A stretch of 64,000 nt of DNA from Felis catus. Its lineage: Eukaryota. This document shows, one piece after another, positions 60,601-64,000 of the stretch. The DNA lies in assembly GCF_018350175.1 (NCBI RefSeq), contig NC_058368.1, forward strand, positions 98,024,001 to 98,088,000. The letters run 5' to 3'. Position 1 is the stretch's first letter, and each line of letters begins with the position of its first letter. The position numbers and the translations under genes are program-made. Under the pieces are notes generated by a model, which was not told where the DNA came from, did no database searches, and saw only the letters and a list, made by a program, of their open reading frames with translations.

Positions 60601-63278
60601 ATCTCAGAGGATTTGTTTCACTTTTGGATGAGCATGGAATCTAAAGGTTTTTTAACATGTATTCTAAAGCTGAAATGCCATGATCATATGAAAATTCCTG
60701 CAATTTCCATTTCCAAAGTAACTGTATTTATTCTTCTTACATTTAAGTTTGAATGAAGTTTAGGAGGGAAAAGCATCCTAAAGTTGATTGTTTTCTTGTT
60801 TTCATAGGTCAGTAGCTTGATAAAATTACTAGGAAGCAGACAGTTCACTGGCGACAACTTTACTATAAATATAGGGGTTAGACATTAAATGAGTGTTTCA
60901 AAGCAAGACCTGAGGGTCTCCAGGAGTCCTGCCCATCCTCTAGAGCTCATGCCTGTCCTATATTGCTCTTACTTTTGGGTTTAATCCCAAATAGTGGCAG
61001 TACAGTTTTAAAGCCATGTGGCTTAGGCTGACACAGCTACTTTGTAATTCCCCCATATAAATGACACTGCTCTGGATTTTCAATATTTCATTTTATGCTG
61101 ATTCCTTGAAAAAGCAACTCTCTTGTGAATGATAATGTGATTGCTTGTCTGCCTGATGATTGTTTTCCTGTATGGGGGAAAAAATGTAATTTAGGTCAAA
61201 GCATTAATCATATCTTAGGCTATTTGTACCTGAACATGAAAGGTATACATCTTAAGAAAATCCATCATGATTAGAGTGAAAAAGAGACAAAAAGCAATGG
61301 CATTAATGTGACCAAGGACTTTTTCGCCATAAATTTTGAGATCAAAGATATTATATATGATTCTCCAGAAGGTTACCTGATCTCCAAGCACTCAGGCTAA
61401 TGAACGGTTCTATAGTGATTTTATGCTGTGTGTCTTTAACAGCATCTGACCTCTTGTTACTTTGCTGTATTATCCAGGGTGCCTAGGACCATGCCAGCCA
61501 TGAAAATACCACTTCTTCATTTTGTTCTTCTTCATCTTTTCACCATGAAAATGAATGAAGAAATGCATATATAACCTTTATGGTCATGATAACAAACTCA
61601 TCTTTTATTTCTCTGTGTAATCTGTAGTATCAAACTGTGTGTTTCCAACCTCTCTTGTCTATACTTGGTGCCAAAGAGGGGCTTAGATAATAAGCCTCAT
61701 AAAGTCAGCACTTCAGCACATATTATTGCAAAGATTATTTCTGGGATTATATATTAAAGTAAAGCACACTGTCTTTTATATTCCCATGAGTATATCTTTC
61801 AGCTTAAATGACGTTTTTAAGACACATCTCTGTGTGTAGGCACTATGAAGACACCAGAAATACTAAGACAGTAACCTAGTCCTTGCTCTCAAGGAGCTCG
61901 TAGCATTATAACCAAGACAGGTATGTAAACAAACAAAAAATAGCATACAGGCCCAAACTTGTATTAACGCACTTAATTTGTATACATTTAGCCTAGAACA
62001 CATTTTTACTACATTTAATCAATGATTAGAATATCCAGTTGGTACATCCTTGTACCAAAAGCATCGTTGCTTTTGTGAATGTTTCTCATCTTGATTATGG
62101 TCACAGGAGACAGGAAGGGTCTTTTTGGGTGATTCTTCATCACTGCTGTAGGAGTTTTTGTAATAGCCAGTAGTCTCATTGTCATAGTCTTCAGTTTTAT
62201 AATCCCTCTTCTTGGACCTTGGATTAATGCTTGGCGAATACTAAGAGTTAAGTGAACACTGGTTAAATGAATGAAAGTTCTCCCATATTTTCACTTCTAG
62301 TAAGCTTGGCTGAAGCACCCAAGAGCACATGTGTATATAAATAAATACATTAATAATATATATACATACATGCACACACATATGATATTATACATCATTA
62401 TTATATCCATTATTATCATCCACCATTACATGTATATATATATTTTTGCTATTCTGCCATTGAAAAAATATACAGGAAGCATCATGCATTTAAAATAGAC
62501 TCAATTTGTGATTTCAGATTTCCTTATAATCTAATTCTATGCTATAAATAACTAAATAATAGTACTTTTAAGCAGTTATATCAGTCAACATCATTATAGC
62601 TTTCCTACGGGAAACCATAGCAGTAAAATGTGGCAAAACTAGTAGATCAGCAGTCTGGGTGAGCAGTAGTTTTTCTGTTCTCTAACACATAACATTATGA
62701 AAATGAGCCTGACTGAGCAAGCATAAAGGAAGGACTATGAATATTAGGTTATTTATCATAAAAGTCGATCCTTATGATTGCTTTTCTTAATAAAATGTTC
62801 TGTAACATAATGAAATATGCATAAATACAGAATGAATGCTCCATTTCAAAGAATGTCTATAGAACTTGTGGGAATAATTTAGCAGATAGACATAATTAAT
62901 GTGATAGCTGTTGGATAACTTTGACTTGGATATTGCAGATAATTGTAGGGGAAAGGGTTTAGCCCAATCATGGTTTATGTTTCAAAGGGAGCTTGGAGAA
63001 ATGACTACTTAGCAGTGGAGAGTGAAAGAGAGACTCTGGCCATGATTAAATAGATATAAAAGTGAATAAATTCAGCTATCTTCTTCATAAAAATATTTCT
63101 CTTACTAGTACAAAGAAAGACCAAGACCTGTTAAGGTCCATCATTCTTTATTATGTATTCCTTTTCCCTGTTTCTTGGAAGTACTGTTTTCAATTTATCA
63201 TGGAACTTACACATTTTTGTTAGAATTAATTTAGGTCTCATCTAATATAACTGGAAAATACAAACATATTTTAAATAG

Positions 63279-63616
63279 TGTTAAATTAATTAAACAAGGA
63301 GGACTGGTTCGACTGATGTGGCACTAATATCATGGCATCTCTGAAAGGAAAGCGAAATCATCAGCCTATAAATACCTCAAGGTTATGGTATCAAAACCTA
63401 AGGACAGCCAGTGAGTCATGAGCAGCCAGCTAGGCTGTAAGCTGTAGCCAACCAATTTTCTTACTTTGCTTCAGTCTTTTCTCTATAAAGGTTTTTCCCT
63501 AGCAGCCATTGGCAGAGTGCTCCTGACCACTGTCGGCCGGGCACTGCCCAAGTGAAATCAATTCTTGCTCGATTTAAATTCTCAACTTTTAATACACTTC
63601 GTTATACCTTTTAATG
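63279..63616 (+). mobile_element. Solo ERV1-class LTR (carnivore type)
   Basis: Starts TGTTAAA, ends TTTAA(TG for CA); 4-bp flanks atag/ataa; 'gccaaccaa', TATA-like 'ctataaa', degenerate poly(A) signal region. Confidence 0.7.
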
Positions 63617-64000
63617 ATAATAATGCAATTTTGTGATTTCTTTTTAAAGAAACTTTAGATATACAACCTACGATGATCTTAGTAAAATAAGAGACTGGGA
63701 AACTGGGGAGGAGAAGAGCCACATGGATCTCATGACGTCAGATCAGAGCAGTGACCTGATGAAGGGCATCGTTTATGAGCTCTCGGTAAACACCAGGCTT
63801 CATGATGAGTATGTTCATGGTTTTACTGTGGTCACACCAGCACATTTTAATCACCCGGGTGAAACTTTGTGGTTTCCTTGGTGGTACAGTAATCCTGTGG
63901 CATGGTGGCCAGCCTCTGATGTGTCCTCATATTTACTCTTGTGGGAGTTTGTGACGTAACTTCATGGAGAGCCCAGCTAACTCTTTTCTGGGCTGCTTTC

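Noticed and set aside
60807..60876. Acceptor-like 'ttttcttgttttcatag' followed by a short open frame
   Set aside because: No credible donor; expected by chance in T-rich DNA.

Overview
Mammalian, almost certainly felid (cat-family), non-coding genomic DNA. Evidence: many tRNA-derived Can-SINEs of the felid SINEC_Fc type and a felid-type LINE-1. I found no recognisable host protein-coding exon, RNA gene or CRISPR array. Nearly all ORFs in the supplied track come from SINEs, LINE-1 or low-complexity sequence. The window is a layered transposon landscape: a full-length, disabled L1 on the minus strand (37380-44741), a 3.3 kb truncated L1 inside a Tigger inside an older L1, about 18 Can-SINEs, ancient L2/MIR/CR1/L1M fragments, hAT MITEs and several solo LTRs. 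The most notable observations are (i) a young truncated L1 carrying a 73-bp 3' transduction inside its target-site duplication (TSD), (ii) a decayed Gypsy (Gmr1/MamGyp-like) gag-protease relic at about 16.1-17.7 kb, possibly followed by a PPT and LTR, and (iii) a ~117-bp copy of the full-length L1's own 5'UTR sitting in its inter-ORF spacer. I see no evidence of a new functional biological system. Repeat family names are from recall of consensus sequences and need RepeatMasker/Dfam confirmation. Boundaries of ancient repeats are approximate.
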